Shown: positions 36,253 through 45,105 of the stretch, piece after piece
Position numbering within the stretch: position 1 is the first letter of the stretch
How the letters are laid out: the number at the start of each line of letters is the position of its first letter
NCBI GenBank assembly: GCA_964545575.1
Contig: CAZJFL010000003.1
Span: 55,000 to 118,999, forward strand
From: an uncultured Planctomycetales bacterium
Lineage (GTDB): Bacteria; Omnitrophota; Gorgyraeia; Gygaellales; Profunditerraquicolaceae
Reading direction: 5' to 3'
Length of the DNA: 64,000 nt
Notes under the pieces: generated by a model
Told to the model about the DNA's origin: nothing
Databases searched by the model: none
What the model saw: only the letters and a program-made list of their open reading frames with translations
Translations under genes and position numbers: made by a program

Positions 36253-36864
36253 TTAGATGCTGCCAGAAAATAACGCCTGAAACTTTTCTATCTCTTTTTT
36301 TACGTCCGGCCGGGTAACGATGGCAGAGATCGCGCATAAACCGTCGGCTCCCGAGAGGATAACCTCTTTAGCGTTTAAGAGGTTTATTCCGCCGATAGCC
36401 ACCAACGGTATAGAAACCGCTTTTTTGATTTCATTTATCAGCCTAACGCCCACGGGCGGCCCCGCGCCTTTTTTTGTTGTGGTGCTAAAAACCGGGGATA
36501 CGCCCAGATAGTCCGCACCTAGTTTTTGCGCCGCTTTTGCCTCTCTGAGCGAACGGACCGTCAGGCCGATTATTTTCTTTTTGCCGAGGAGCTTCCTGGC
36601 AACTGCGTAAGGCAAATCCTCCTGCCCCAGATGCACTCCGTCGGCTCCCACGGCTAATGCGATATCAATCCTATCATTAACCAGAAAAATATTGCCTTTA
36701 CATATCCTTTTTAATTTAAAGGCTTCCTCGTACATCTCTTTTGTGCTTGCCTTCTTCTCTCGGTACTGCACAAACTTTACTCTCGCCGCCAACGCATTTT
36801 TTACATCGCTAATATTACCGGCGCGGCTTAAGCCCGAATCGGTAATAAAATAATATCCGATCAT
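36253..36864 (-). CDS. thiE: Thiamine phosphate synthase
   Basis: QYREK, VNDRID, GVHLGQED, T.TK, AIGGI. Confidence 0.93.
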   Translation of the reverse strand: MIGYYFITDSGLSRAGNISDVKNALAARVKFVQYREKKASTKEMYEEAFKLKRICKGNIFLVNDRIDIALAVGADGVHLGQEDLPYAVARKLLGKKKIIGLTVRSLREAKAAQKLGADYLGVSPVFSTTTKKGAGPPVGVRLINEIKKAVSIPLVAIGGINLLNAKEVILSGADGLCAISAIVTRPDVKKEIEKFQALFSGSI

Positions 36865-36917
36865 GCCTCTACCCTCTGCATTTTATTAGTCAAATGGTGG
36901 ATAACCGGCTTCTGCAT
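36861..36917 (-). pseudogene. Possible internally deleted thiM remnant (18 codons)
   Basis: MQKPVIHHLTN-KMQRVEA*: ThiM N-terminal motif KPLxHHxTN joined to a tail whose stop overlaps the thiE ATG. Confidence 0.45.
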
Positions 36918-37020
36918 AAACATTAAAACTTTAGTTTTACGGATAATAACAGGAGGCCTCAAATAACTGTGCAAACTACCGCCGTTTTTATCGGCAGCAG
37001 CAATACCAGCGCTATAAAAG

Positions 37021-38049
37021 TTAAACGAATACCCCCGGTATGGGGCTAGTGCAATAAATACACCTGCCTTCTTTTATATTATAATCAAAAATATTAAAGC
37101 CTTCCCTTTTAATTAATAATTTATTGCAGGCAGGGCAATTAGTATCGTTGCCCCAGCCGTAGACATTGCCGGCATAGATAAACTCCAATCCCGCCCTTCG
37201 GCCTATTGCCTGCGTTTTTTCTAAGACCGCCTCAGGCGTAGGATGGCGGTGGGTAAGTTTATAGTCGGGGTGAAACCGCGATACGTGCCAAGGTATATTT
37301 TTATCCACGCCGGCGATAAATTTGGCGATCCCCTCTAATTCCTCGTCAGAGTCATTCTCTCCGGGCACGACCAACGTAGTTATTTCCACCCAAATCTTTA
37401 ATTCTTTCATCAGCCTAATCGTATCCAGAACGGGCTGAAGGCTACCGGAGCAGATTCTTTTATAGGAACTGTCTTTAAAAAACTTTAAATCAACATTAGC
37501 CGCATCCAGATATGGCCTGATCATCTCCAAAGCTTCTTTGGTCATATAGCCGTTGGTAACAAAAATATTATACAGGTCTTTTTCTTTGGCCAGCTTTACC
37601 GTATCATAAGCATATTCAAAGAATATGGTGGGTTCGGTGTAGGTATAGGAGATACTTTTACAGTCATTCCTTACAGCTTCGTCCACTATTTCTTCGGGTA
37701 GAAACTCTTCTTCTGCCAAATCAGTCCCCTGCGCAGACAGTCCCTTCTTATCAAATGAACTCTGAGAGATTTCCCAGTTCTGGCAAAAGTCACAGCGGAA
37801 ATTACAGCCGATGGTGGCGATAGAAAAGCTCTTTGAGCCGGGCAAGAAGTGGTATAACGGTTTTTTCTCGATGGGGTCGATGTGCGCGGCGATCACCTTA
37901 CCGTAGGCGTAAGTATACAAAGTACCTTTTAGATTTTGCCTGACGCCGCAGAAGCCGAATTTCTGGTCGGCAATTTTACAATGATGGGCACAGAGAAAAC
38001 AGTGCACAAAATTATTTTCTAATTTTTCGCAGAGTAAAGCTTCTTTCAT
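37021..38049 (-). CDS. AmmeMemoRadiSam system radical SAM enzyme
   Basis: C.LC.H.C...CGVR.N, DPIEKKPLYHF.PG, GCNFRCDFCQNW, SRFHP. Confidence 0.9.
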   Translation of the reverse strand: MKEALLCEKLENNFVHCFLCAHHCKIADQKFGFCGVRQNLKGTLYTYAYGKVIAAHIDPIEKKPLYHFLPGSKSFSIATIGCNFRCDFCQNWEISQSSFDKKGLSAQGTDLAEEEFLPEEIVDEAVRNDCKSISYTYTEPTIFFEYAYDTVKLAKEKDLYNIFVTNGYMTKEALEMIRPYLDAANVDLKFFKDSSYKRICSGSLQPVLDTIRLMKELKIWVEITTLVVPGENDSDEELEGIAKFIAGVDKNIPWHVSRFHPDYKLTHRHPTPEAVLEKTQAIGRRAGLEFIYAGNVYGWGNDTNCPACNKLLIKREGFNIFDYNIKEGRCIYCTSPIPGVFV

Positions 38050-39113
38050 ATCTTCAAGTTTTGTAATTCCGTATCACTTATAGGGGGAACTCTTAGAAAA
38101 GAGGGACTGTCCCCGCAGGGGGGCGGGGCACCAAACCATCCGATAGGTTTGGGTGCTTCCCCGTAACCAGAGGGATCTGTCCCTCTTTTAATTATAATTA
38201 CCGCCTCCTTGCTGCCATTCAAATCGCAATAACGACAGGTAATGCTACAGGAAAGATTGATTAAATCCGGATTAAATTCTCCCCTGCCTAAAGAAGTGGG
38301 GCCGGCCAGTTCCTCATTAGGAAAAAACAGGTAATCACCTGCACTGGCTAAATTTTCCAGCTCTTTACCCTCTTTTTCATCGCGGCCTACCACCAGCCTT
38401 GCCTGCTCCGAGAGCCTGAAATGCCTGCCGATTTTTAACAACTCTATGTTATTTAGGCTTAACTGCCGGTGAGCGATAAGTTCTTTTAGCCTGCCGGCAA
38501 ACTCCGGATCAGTCAGCAAACAGCCCCCGGCGGCATTAGGATAATCTTTTATCCCGAATTTTTGCGCTAACTTTATCTGCGGCCTGCGGCTCCTGCCGCT
38601 AAAATCCAGCAACTTTTCTCTAGACACCCACCCTTGTTTTTCGGGGGTTGTCTCTGGCAACAGCTTAGCCGATAACGGCCGCAAGAGCAAACCTTCCAAG
38701 CCGCTTTTTTTCTCAATAAGCTCCAATGCCTTCCGGTGCTGCGACATCGGCCGCTGCCCTAAAACCTCTCCTGTGACTACAAATGCCGCATCTAGCTCTT
38801 TCATTATTTCTCTGGTTTTAGTTAACATAAAAATCTTGCAATCTATACAGGGGTTCAGATTTGCGCCAAAGCCGTGCTCCGGCTTAATCAGTAATTTCAG
38901 GAATTCATTACTGATATCGAATATCTTTAAATCTGACCCTAAGCTATTCTTTACGAAAGAAATTAAATTATTTTCCCGCGATGAAACTCCTTTATCGCGA
39001 TGAGAGAAAGGTATCTTAAAGTGCAGCGGGATAACTCTAACCCCTTCTTCCTGGGCGGTTTTAGCCGCTAAGATGCTATCTAATCCTCCGGAGATTAAAG
39101 CTATTGCTTTCAT
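38046..39113 (-). CDS. PP-loop tRNA sulfurtransferase-like protein (ThiI/MnmA-related)
   Basis: SGGLDS, NPCIDCK, GEVLGQRPMSQ, AGGCLLTD. Confidence 0.8.
   Translation of the reverse strand: MKAIALISGGLDSILAAKTAQEEGVRVIPLHFKIPFSHRDKGVSSRENNLISFVKNSLGSDLKIFDISNEFLKLLIKPEHGFGANLNPCIDCKIFMLTKTREIMKELDAAFVVTGEVLGQRPMSQHRKALELIEKKSGLEGLLLRPLSAKLLPETTPEKQGWVSREKLLDFSGRSRRPQIKLAQKFGIKDYPNAAGGCLLTDPEFAGRLKELIAHRQLSLNNIELLKIGRHFRLSEQARLVVGRDEKEGKELENLASAGDYLFFPNEELAGPTSLGRGEFNPDLINLSCSITCRYCDLNGSKEAVIIIKRGTDPSGYGEAPKPIGWFGAPPPCGDSPSFLRVPPISDTELQNLKI
38101..38186 (+). repeat. Palindromic repeat (family A plus GGGAC-TGTCCC REP) inserted in frame near a CDS 3' end
   Basis: gagggactgtccccgc...gcgggg caccaaacc-atccgata-ggtttgggtg ... 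agagggatctgtccctct. Confidence 0.7.
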
Positions 39114-39130
39114 AGATAAATCGGCAGGGC

Positions 39131-39874
39131 TTAATGGCCGGGCAGTGTCCGGGCCAGCAAAATAAACAACACGCCGCAGATAAAAGCAAACATGGCTAAG
39201 GCGCTCTTTTTTATTTGCGGCTCTTTGTGTAATTCCGGGATCAGGTCGCAGGCGCCGATATAGATAAACCCTCCGGCGGTAAGGGGGAGCAATACGGCTG
39301 AAAAATTGCCGATCCTGCCCGATAAATAAAATCCGGCTACCGTCCCTAAAACACAGGTGAGCGCTGAGATAAAATTATAGAATAATGCCTTTGTCTTCTC
39401 CATGCCGCCGTAAACCAATATGCCGAAATCTCCGATCTCCTGCGGGATTTCATGAAAGACTATCACCAAGGTAGTAATCACGCCAAAATGGATGCCCACT
39501 AAAAAACTTGCGCCGATCACCAGCCCGTCGCAAAAATTATGGATGCCGTCTCCGACAAGATTAAGATAGGTAAATGTATGTATCTGACATTCGCCCTGAT
39601 GACAGTGGCGCCAATGCAGGTACCTTTCCAGAATAAAAAAGACGATAAATCCTGCTATAACATAAATGAAGACTGCAGAAGGCCTTGATTCTTCTAGGGC
39701 CTCAGGGATAAGATGCAAGAAGGCCCCTCCGATTAACCCACCTGCGGAAAAGCCGATTAATACAAATAATAGCCTTTCAAGCCATCCCTCTTTAAGGAGC
39801 AGGGTAAAAATTCCGATCAAAGAGATAAGGCTGACCGCGATACTTGCCGCTAAAGCCCAGATTAAATTTATCAT
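39131..39874 (-). CDS. ZIP family metal transporter
   Basis: HLIPEA, HWRHCH, GDGIHNF.DG, HEIPQEIGD. Confidence 0.9.
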   Translation of the reverse strand: MINLIWALAASIAVSLISLIGIFTLLLKEGWLERLLFVLIGFSAGGLIGGAFLHLIPEALEESRPSAVFIYVIAGFIVFFILERYLHWRHCHQGECQIHTFTYLNLVGDGIHNFCDGLVIGASFLVGIHFGVITTLVIVFHEIPQEIGDFGILVYGGMEKTKALFYNFISALTCVLGTVAGFYLSGRIGNFSAVLLPLTAGGFIYIGACDLIPELHKEPQIKKSALAMFAFICGVLFILLARTLPGH

Positions 39875-39920
39875 TCTGGTATTTGCCTCCTTTTATAGTT
39901 TACTTATTATAACACGGGAA

Positions 39921-40655
39921 TTAAAATTTATGAAGAAGAGATAAGGGCGCTTCTAAACCGTGCGCAGTAAGAAGGGGTTTGTTAGAAAGGACTTCTTTAG
40001 TCAGGCCTTCGGCGACTATCCTGCTGTTGTCTAAAATAATAACACGCTGACAAGTTTCCAGGACCATTTCTAAATCGTGTGTCGCGATTATTTTAGTAAA
40101 TTTAAATTTCTTTAAAAATTCTATCAAGTGCCTGCGGGATGAGTGATCGAGGTTGGCATTCGGCTCATCCAAAATCAAAATCTCCGGGGACATCGCCAAA
40201 ACCGTGGCAATGGAAAGCCTGCGCTGCTGCCCTAAGCTTAAATGGTGCGAAGAATGGCTCCCGGCATCCGAAAGCCCCATCTCTTTGAGGGCATAATTTA
40301 CCCTCTCTTTTACCTCTTCCTTGTTCATGCCAAGATTCATCGGCCCGAAAGCGACATCTTAGTATGCAGTAGGCATAAAAAGCTGATCCTGCGGGTCCTG
40401 AAAAACAAAACCGACCTGCTGACGGATAAAAGAAAGATTTCCTTTTGACGCCTCCCTGCCGAAAATCCTGACTGCTGCGCTATTTCCGTTGAGCAAACCG
40501 TTAAAATGCAAAAGCAGAGTGGACTTACCGGCGCCATTAGGTCCGATTACCGCCAGCGAATCCCCTTCGTATATGTCAAGAGTTATATCCTCCAGGGCAG
40601 GACTGCCGTCCGGATAAACGAAGCTCAAATTCCTTATTTCAACGGCTTTTCTCAT
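39921..40655 (-). pseudogene. cbiO: ECF transporter ATPase CbiO/NikO interrupted by an in-frame TAA
   Basis: GPNGAGKS...QDPQDQLFMPTAY*DVAFGP...LSLGQQRR, LDEP; stop at 40359-40361, both halves in the same frame. Confidence 0.85.
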
Positions 40656-41268
40656 GGGCATACCCCCTTGCGCACATCGCCAGGTATACTCTTTCCGCGC
40701 GCTCGTAGGTGCGAATGAATACGGTCCCCAGGATATTGCTTAATACTCTGACCTTAAATCTCGCCTTGGCATCGCCGGCGCTCCTGGACTCATAAGCGCG
40801 CCTTACTCTTAATATCTGGTCTTCTAAAAGGAAAGAGTAACGGTACATAAAAGAAAGCAGGTCAACCAATAACCGGGGAAACCTTAACTGCCTCAATGCC
40901 CCCAGCAGTTCTGTAAATTTAGTGGTAAAAGAAATTATCAAGACTAAGGAAACGGCTAAAACAGCTTTCGCTATACAGTTTAAAAATAGAAGATAACCCG
41001 ATTTCCTGAATAACGCAGGTATTGCAATAAGGGCGATAAAAGGCAATATCTCAACTAATTTTGCCAACAGTAGCTTAAGCGGTACCCCTGATAAGTAAAA
41101 CAAAGTTGCGACTATCAATGTATAGCCTATAAATAAAGCCACCTGCCTGATGGGAGTAAGAACTACGGCGAATAGAAAAATAAAGAGAGCGATGATTTTT
41201 ACCCTAGCGTTAATCTTATGCAAAGGGGTATCCAGGTCGGCACAACTATCGAAAAAGGCGTGTTTCAT
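40639..41268 (-). CDS. cbiQ: ECF T component CbiQ/NikQ
   Basis: YRYSFLL, A.ESR, RTYERAERVYLAM.ARGY. Confidence 0.88.
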   Translation of the reverse strand: MKHAFFDSCADLDTPLHKINARVKIIALFIFLFAVVLTPIRQVALFIGYTLIVATLFYLSGVPLKLLLAKLVEILPFIALIAIPALFRKSGYLLFLNCIAKAVLAVSLVLIISFTTKFTELLGALRQLRFPRLLVDLLSFMYRYSFLLEDQILRVRRAYESRSAGDAKARFKVRVLSNILGTVFIRTYERAERVYLAMCARGYAHEKSR

Positions 41269-41542
41269 TTTTTCTCCCGAGTAATCTGCCTAAAATAAGA
41301 GCTGAAATAAATACGATAAATACTCCTACCACTCCCGCGATAGAACCGGCTAACTTTTCGTTGTTTACGCCGGGGAACATATAATCGGCAATGGGCGCGC
41401 GGATCAAGCTGACAGCTTTATCCAAAAAACTTTTATCCTCGGCCACGCGCTCAAGGCCGTCAGGAGAAGCGGAGGCAAGAAAAGAAAATATTGCCAAGGT
41501 AACAGCTATAACTAAACCGATAATTACATCCTTCTTTTTCAT
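41246..41542 (-). CDS. PDGLE-domain ECF component (NikN-like)
   Basis: ASASPDGLERVA. Confidence 0.85.
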   Translation of the reverse strand: MKKKDVIIGLVIAVTLAIFSFLASASPDGLERVAEDKSFLDKAVSLIRAPIADYMFPGVNNEKLAGSIAGVVGVFIVFISALILGRLLGRKNETRLFR

Positions 41543-41544
41543 GG

Positions 41545-42171
41545 TTATCTCCCGTATACGAGATCCGGCCTGACCTTTAATATAAAGCTTATTACCAACG
41601 TAGTAATAACGGCCTCGCCTGTGCCGATAAAAATATGCACAAATAACATCGCCGGGAGCGCTATATTAAGCGGCGATATTCCTGAGGCGGCTAATTCAAA
41701 AGCGCAAGCGCTTGCGGCTATAACTACGGAAAACCAGCTGGCAATAAACACAGCCGGCAGGATATTATTCCGGAAAAACGATTTCTTAAGCAACGTATAG
41801 AAATAATAACTTAAAATCGTGCCTACTATCGCCATATTAAAGATATTGGCTCCCAAAGCGGTCAATCCCCCGTCCTGAAATATCAAGCACTGCACAATTA
41901 AGACCAGGCTTAAGACAATTGCGCCGGCATATGGCCCTAAGGTAACCGCCGCCAGAACCCCGCCTAATAGATGCCCGGAAGTCCCGCCTAAAACCGGAAA
42001 ATTCAGCATCTGCGCCGCAAAGATAAATGCAGCCATTACTCCCATTAAAGGCACTGTTTTATCTTTCATGGACTCTTTGACTTTTTTGAAGGCATAACTT
42101 AAGGTGCCCAAAGCAACCGCCCACGCCGAGATAAAAACCGGCGGGCTCAAAAAACCATCCGGGATATGCAT
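41545..42171 (-). CDS. cbiM: ECF S component CbiM/NikM
   Basis: N-terminal MHIPDGFL metal-binding motif with GGAGG SD; GTSGHLLG, DGGLTALG. Confidence 0.92.
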   Translation of the reverse strand: MHIPDGFLSPPVFISAWAVALGTLSYAFKKVKESMKDKTVPLMGVMAAFIFAAQMLNFPVLGGTSGHLLGGVLAAVTLGPYAGAIVLSLVLIVQCLIFQDGGLTALGANIFNMAIVGTILSYYFYTLLKKSFFRNNILPAVFIASWFSVVIAASACAFELAASGISPLNIALPAMLFVHIFIGTGEAVITTLVISFILKVRPDLVYGR

Positions 42172-42195
42172 ATCTGCCTCCTTCACAGTAGTAAA

Positions 42196-42311
42196 CACCC
42201 GATTTTATCGGATAAATCGGTGTCCCGTCTTCTACGGGAACACCGAACCATTCCCGCAAAGGCGGGACGCCGAAGCATCCAATAGCTTCGGGCGCATATA
42301 GGTTCGGGTGC
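42196..42311. repeat. Nested palindromic repeat cluster (family A, three units)
   Basis: Reverse caccgattt-atccgata-aaatcgggtg; tcccgt/acggga hairpin; caccgaacc-at[tcccgc-aaag-gcggga cgccgaagc-atccaata-gcttcgggcg]..ata-ggttcgggtg. Confidence 0.75.
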
Positions 42312-42326
42312 AACAATCTATCTATT

Positions 42327-43100
42327 TTAAAATGCAAATGATAAAGTTGAGGAAAGCTGATAATCCGGGCTGGCCTTAGAAATGCCTCCGGCTCCGCTTA
42401 CTTCAAAAGAAACATTCTTATTAAATTCATAGCTTAAGGTAAGCGCGCCGATGAATATGTTATCGTCGAAATCCCCTTTAAAAATATTTTCTCCGTAAAT
42501 TTCCGCGCAGATGCCGAGCTTTTCGGTGAGGCTACGGCCGATATCAAAACAATAAAAGAATGCATTATCTTCTCCCTTGGCAAGGGTAAAAATATAGCCC
42601 AAATTTAGATCAAAAACATTATCCCCTATATTTTTGGTAAAGATATTATTGACGCTAAGATCAAACCTCCCGGTACCGATACCATCGCTTTTATCTGCTG
42701 ATGGAGGTTTGACATCAAAATACAAAGCATAACCGGGCAAAACCCGGCTTTCTTCGCGCAACCGGCATTTAGTTTCTATAAGGATATCGGAAAAACCATT
42801 TACCTTACCGTCTGAGCCGTTAATAAACTCATAGGGTACGGTTAAGCCGACATCCAGATTATCCAGCAGGCCGTAAGAAAAATAAGCGCTAACGTCTAAT
42901 TCTCTGCTAGCCGGCTTGATATTTTCTCCAGACTCAAGATCAAATCCCGTTTCTACGTCCCGGTAATAATCGGCGGTAAATTCTATATCCCAGTGCCCTT
43001 TATCGGTAGTATAAATATCATCTATAAAAAGAGCTGCATAACTGCGGCTAAACTGTGCACAAAAAAATATGGTCAAAAAGATAACAAATGCTTTTCTCAT
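42327..43100 (-). CDS. Putative outer-membrane beta-barrel (MetA-pathway/transporter-like)
   Basis: Signal peptide, amphipathic strands, G.SD....K, G.GTG..D, C-terminal Phe. Confidence 0.65.
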   Translation of the reverse strand: MRKAFVIFLTIFFCAQFSRSYAALFIDDIYTTDKGHWDIEFTADYYRDVETGFDLESGENIKPASRELDVSAYFSYGLLDNLDVGLTVPYEFINGSDGKVNGFSDILIETKCRLREESRVLPGYALYFDVKPPSADKSDGIGTGRFDLSVNNIFTKNIGDNVFDLNLGYIFTLAKGEDNAFFYCFDIGRSLTEKLGICAEIYGENIFKGDFDDNIFIGALTLSYEFNKNVSFEVSGAGGISKASPDYQLSSTLSFAF

Positions 43101-43513
43101 AATCCTTCTCCTACTGTAGTCATTACCAGCCTACCGTGTTTGACGCCTTTTACCGAAATCAGAGCATCTGCTATTTTTTTAATACGCGCCGGCTTTCCCC
43201 TGACCGCTAATACTTCAAGGCAATTATGCACATCTAGGTGCACATGCATTGAAGAAATAATTTCTGAATGGTATTGATGCTGCAATTCGGTAAGGATATC
43301 GGTTAATTCATGCACATGGTGACTATAGACTATGGTTACCGTGCCCACTGTCTCTTTATTGCCTGCCTCCCATTCTTCTTCTACCAGATTATTGCGTATC
43401 AGGTCTCTTATTGCCTCGGAACGATTAGCATAACCTTTGCGGTTTATCAGCCGGTCAAACTTTTTTAAAAGCTCTTCCTCCATGGCTACGCCAAAACGTA
43501 TTACTGCGGACAT
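43097..43513 (-). CDS. nikR: Nickel-responsive regulator NikR
   Basis: RFGVAM...[27 protein letters not shown]; start at ATG 43513 (GGAGGAG SD). Confidence 0.93.
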   Translation of the reverse strand: MSAVIRFGVAMEEELLKKFDRLINRKGYANRSEAIRDLIRNNLVEEEWEAGNKETVGTVTIVYSHHVHELTDILTELQHQYHSEIISSMHVHLDVHNCLEVLAVRGKPARIKKIADALISVKGVKHGRLVMTTVGEGL

Positions 43514-43539
43514 AGAACTCCTCCCTGCAAGCAGGATTA

Positions 43540-43584
43540 GTGTTACTTTTTTAAAAATAGTAACACACAATAAAGCTTTGTCAA
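43540..43584 (-). promoter_or_regulatory. NikR operator overlapping the promoter
   Basis: GTGTTAC-13 nt-GTAACAC (43540-43566); TTGACA at 43579-43584. Confidence 0.75.
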
Positions 43585-43633
43585 GTCTTTTTTATAAAAG
43601 ATTTTTAAGGGGGGCTAAAAATGCGGGCTGGCG

Positions 43634-43714
43634 TTAGCCAAGGTTAGGCTTTCTTCCTTTATTTGCCCTTTTGGAGCGCCAGTTAAGTTTGCCTCTGCGT
43701 TTACGTTTTCCCAT
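43634..43714 (-). CDS. Small basic protein, bL37-like (26 aa)
   Basis: MGKRKRRGKLNWRSKRANKGRKPNLG; ANKGRKPN resembles the ANHGKRPN motif of bL37; AAGG SD. Confidence 0.55.
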   Translation of the reverse strand: MGKRKRRGKLNWRSKRANKGRKPNLG

Positions 43715-44279
43715 TTGCCTTCTCTTTATTTAAAGCCTCTATTATTTTATACGCCAGATCCTCGCCGGCATTCGCTAATGCCTCCCTGCCGCCGGTAATC
43801 ACATCTAGGTGCGCGGAATTGCCCGCAGCATCCAGATAAGCAATGACTTTCCCGTCTTTGACCCGGATGAGCTTAGCGGTGACATTGGCAAAGCAGGAGC
43901 GCATATTTGACTGCGGGACATTGCCTCCGGCGGAAGCAATGGCTTTGCCTACTACTACGTAATTGGCGCGCGATAAATTACCTAATTTTACGGCCTTGCC
44001 TTCGGAAAAATTAAGCAGGCGGAATGCCGGGTCCTGGCGGACGATCTTGGTGAGGTTGGAGGGTTCAAGCACGTCATAACCCTGGGCAATCAGCTGGGTG
44101 GCAAGCTTAGCTTCCGTAGTGGATAAGTCTATTTCGCTGGCCCACCAGGCCCGTTGCGGGCCTTCGATATTCTGCTCACTGATGAGCAGGATGATCTTGG
44201 TCTGTGTATCTTTGGCGTAAGATAGCGATAAGGAAAGGGTAAAATAAAGCATTAAGAAAATAAAAGATATTTTTTTCAT
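43701..44279 (-). CDS. Secreted hypothetical protein (CsgG/FlgT-like domain possible)
   Basis: Signal peptide; ANYVVVGKA...TAKLIRVKDGKVI pattern. Confidence 0.55.
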   Translation of the reverse strand: MKKISFIFLMLYFTLSLSLSYAKDTQTKIILLISEQNIEGPQRAWWASEIDLSTTEAKLATQLIAQGYDVLEPSNLTKIVRQDPAFRLLNFSEGKAVKLGNLSRANYVVVGKAIASAGGNVPQSNMRSCFANVTAKLIRVKDGKVIAYLDAAGNSAHLDVITGGREALANAGEDLAYKIIEALNKEKANGKT

Positions 44280-44350
44280 CTTTTAGCCTCCTGTTTGATT
44301 TAATATATTAGAAATGTCTGCCGCTGTCAAGCTAAATCGACGGCGTAAAA

Positions 44351-44989
44351 TTATAATATTTTAAATAAATCCGTAATTTTATGCGCTATACGCCAAGGCT
44401 CCTCCCGTCTGATCTCCTGCCGGCTGCTTGAGCCGGTGGTCACAATAACCGTCTTTATTGCGGCGCGCCGGCCGGCCTGGGCATCGATAGTCATATCCCC
44501 TACGTATAAGGTCTCGGACGGCTTACTCCTTTCTTTACGCATAATTTTCTGCAGGATCTCTGGGTGCGGCTTGCCATGCGCCAATTTATCCGCGCAAAGG
44601 ATAGTATTAAAATATGGCGCGATTTTTAAGTGGCGGATTAAAATCCATAAAAAACGCGTGGGGCGGTTGCTGGCAAGCGCAAGCTGATAGCCCCTGTTCT
44701 CTAGATAGGTTAAGAGCTTCTTTACGCTAGGAAATAAGCGAGATTGGCAAAGGAGCGACTTGCGATGATGCCGGCGGTATATCGAAAGCACCTTTTTTAA
44801 ATCCGCTTTCTTGATAAAGGGCGTAAGGAGCCGCTCGTCTCCCCAGCCTACTGCCCGGCAAATAATCCCGGGGGCCTGTTTAGGATAACCCGTTTTTTGC
44901 ATCGCGTAATTAAAGCTGCTGACAATCGCCGGATACGCGTTGACCAGCGTACCGTCCAGATCGAAGATAATTAATTTTAAATTATGCAT
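44351..44989 (-). CDS. HAD family phosphatase (phosphoglycolate phosphatase-like)
   Basis: FDLDGTLV, KPHP, YVGD...D. Confidence 0.88.
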   Translation of the reverse strand: MHNLKLIIFDLDGTLVNAYPAIVSSFNYAMQKTGYPKQAPGIICRAVGWGDERLLTPFIKKADLKKVLSIYRRHHRKSLLCQSRLFPSVKKLLTYLENRGYQLALASNRPTRFLWILIRHLKIAPYFNTILCADKLAHGKPHPEILQKIMRKERSKPSETLYVGDMTIDAQAGRRAAIKTVIVTTGSSSRQEIRREEPWRIAHKITDLFKIL

Positions 44990-45049
44990 CTTAGTTATGC
45001 CGCCTACGGCGGTGTCATTTTCTAAAATTATAAGAGCCAGAAAATGAAT

Positions 45050-45074
45050 AAGGCAGGCCTCTTTAGCCTGCCTT
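45050..45074. terminator. Hairpin, possible terminator
   Basis: aaggcaggc-ctcttta-gcctgcctt between CDSs. Confidence 0.45.
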
Positions 45075-45105
45075 TTAATAGGTGGTTAATTTAATAGCTA
45101 AAAAC

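Noticed and set aside
36920-37020. TPP riboswitch upstream of thiE
   Set aside because: No CUGAGA / ACCUG core motifs found on the minus strand.
40359-40361. Stop-codon reassignment or selenocysteine/pyrrolysine readthrough
   Set aside because: The codon is TAA, used as a normal stop throughout, and the expected residue is Glu.
42184-42325. Cobalamin or NiCo riboswitch upstream of cbiM
   Set aside because: No B12-box or NiCo consensus was recognised, and the same hairpins recur at 20194 and 38101, so it is treated as a repeat.
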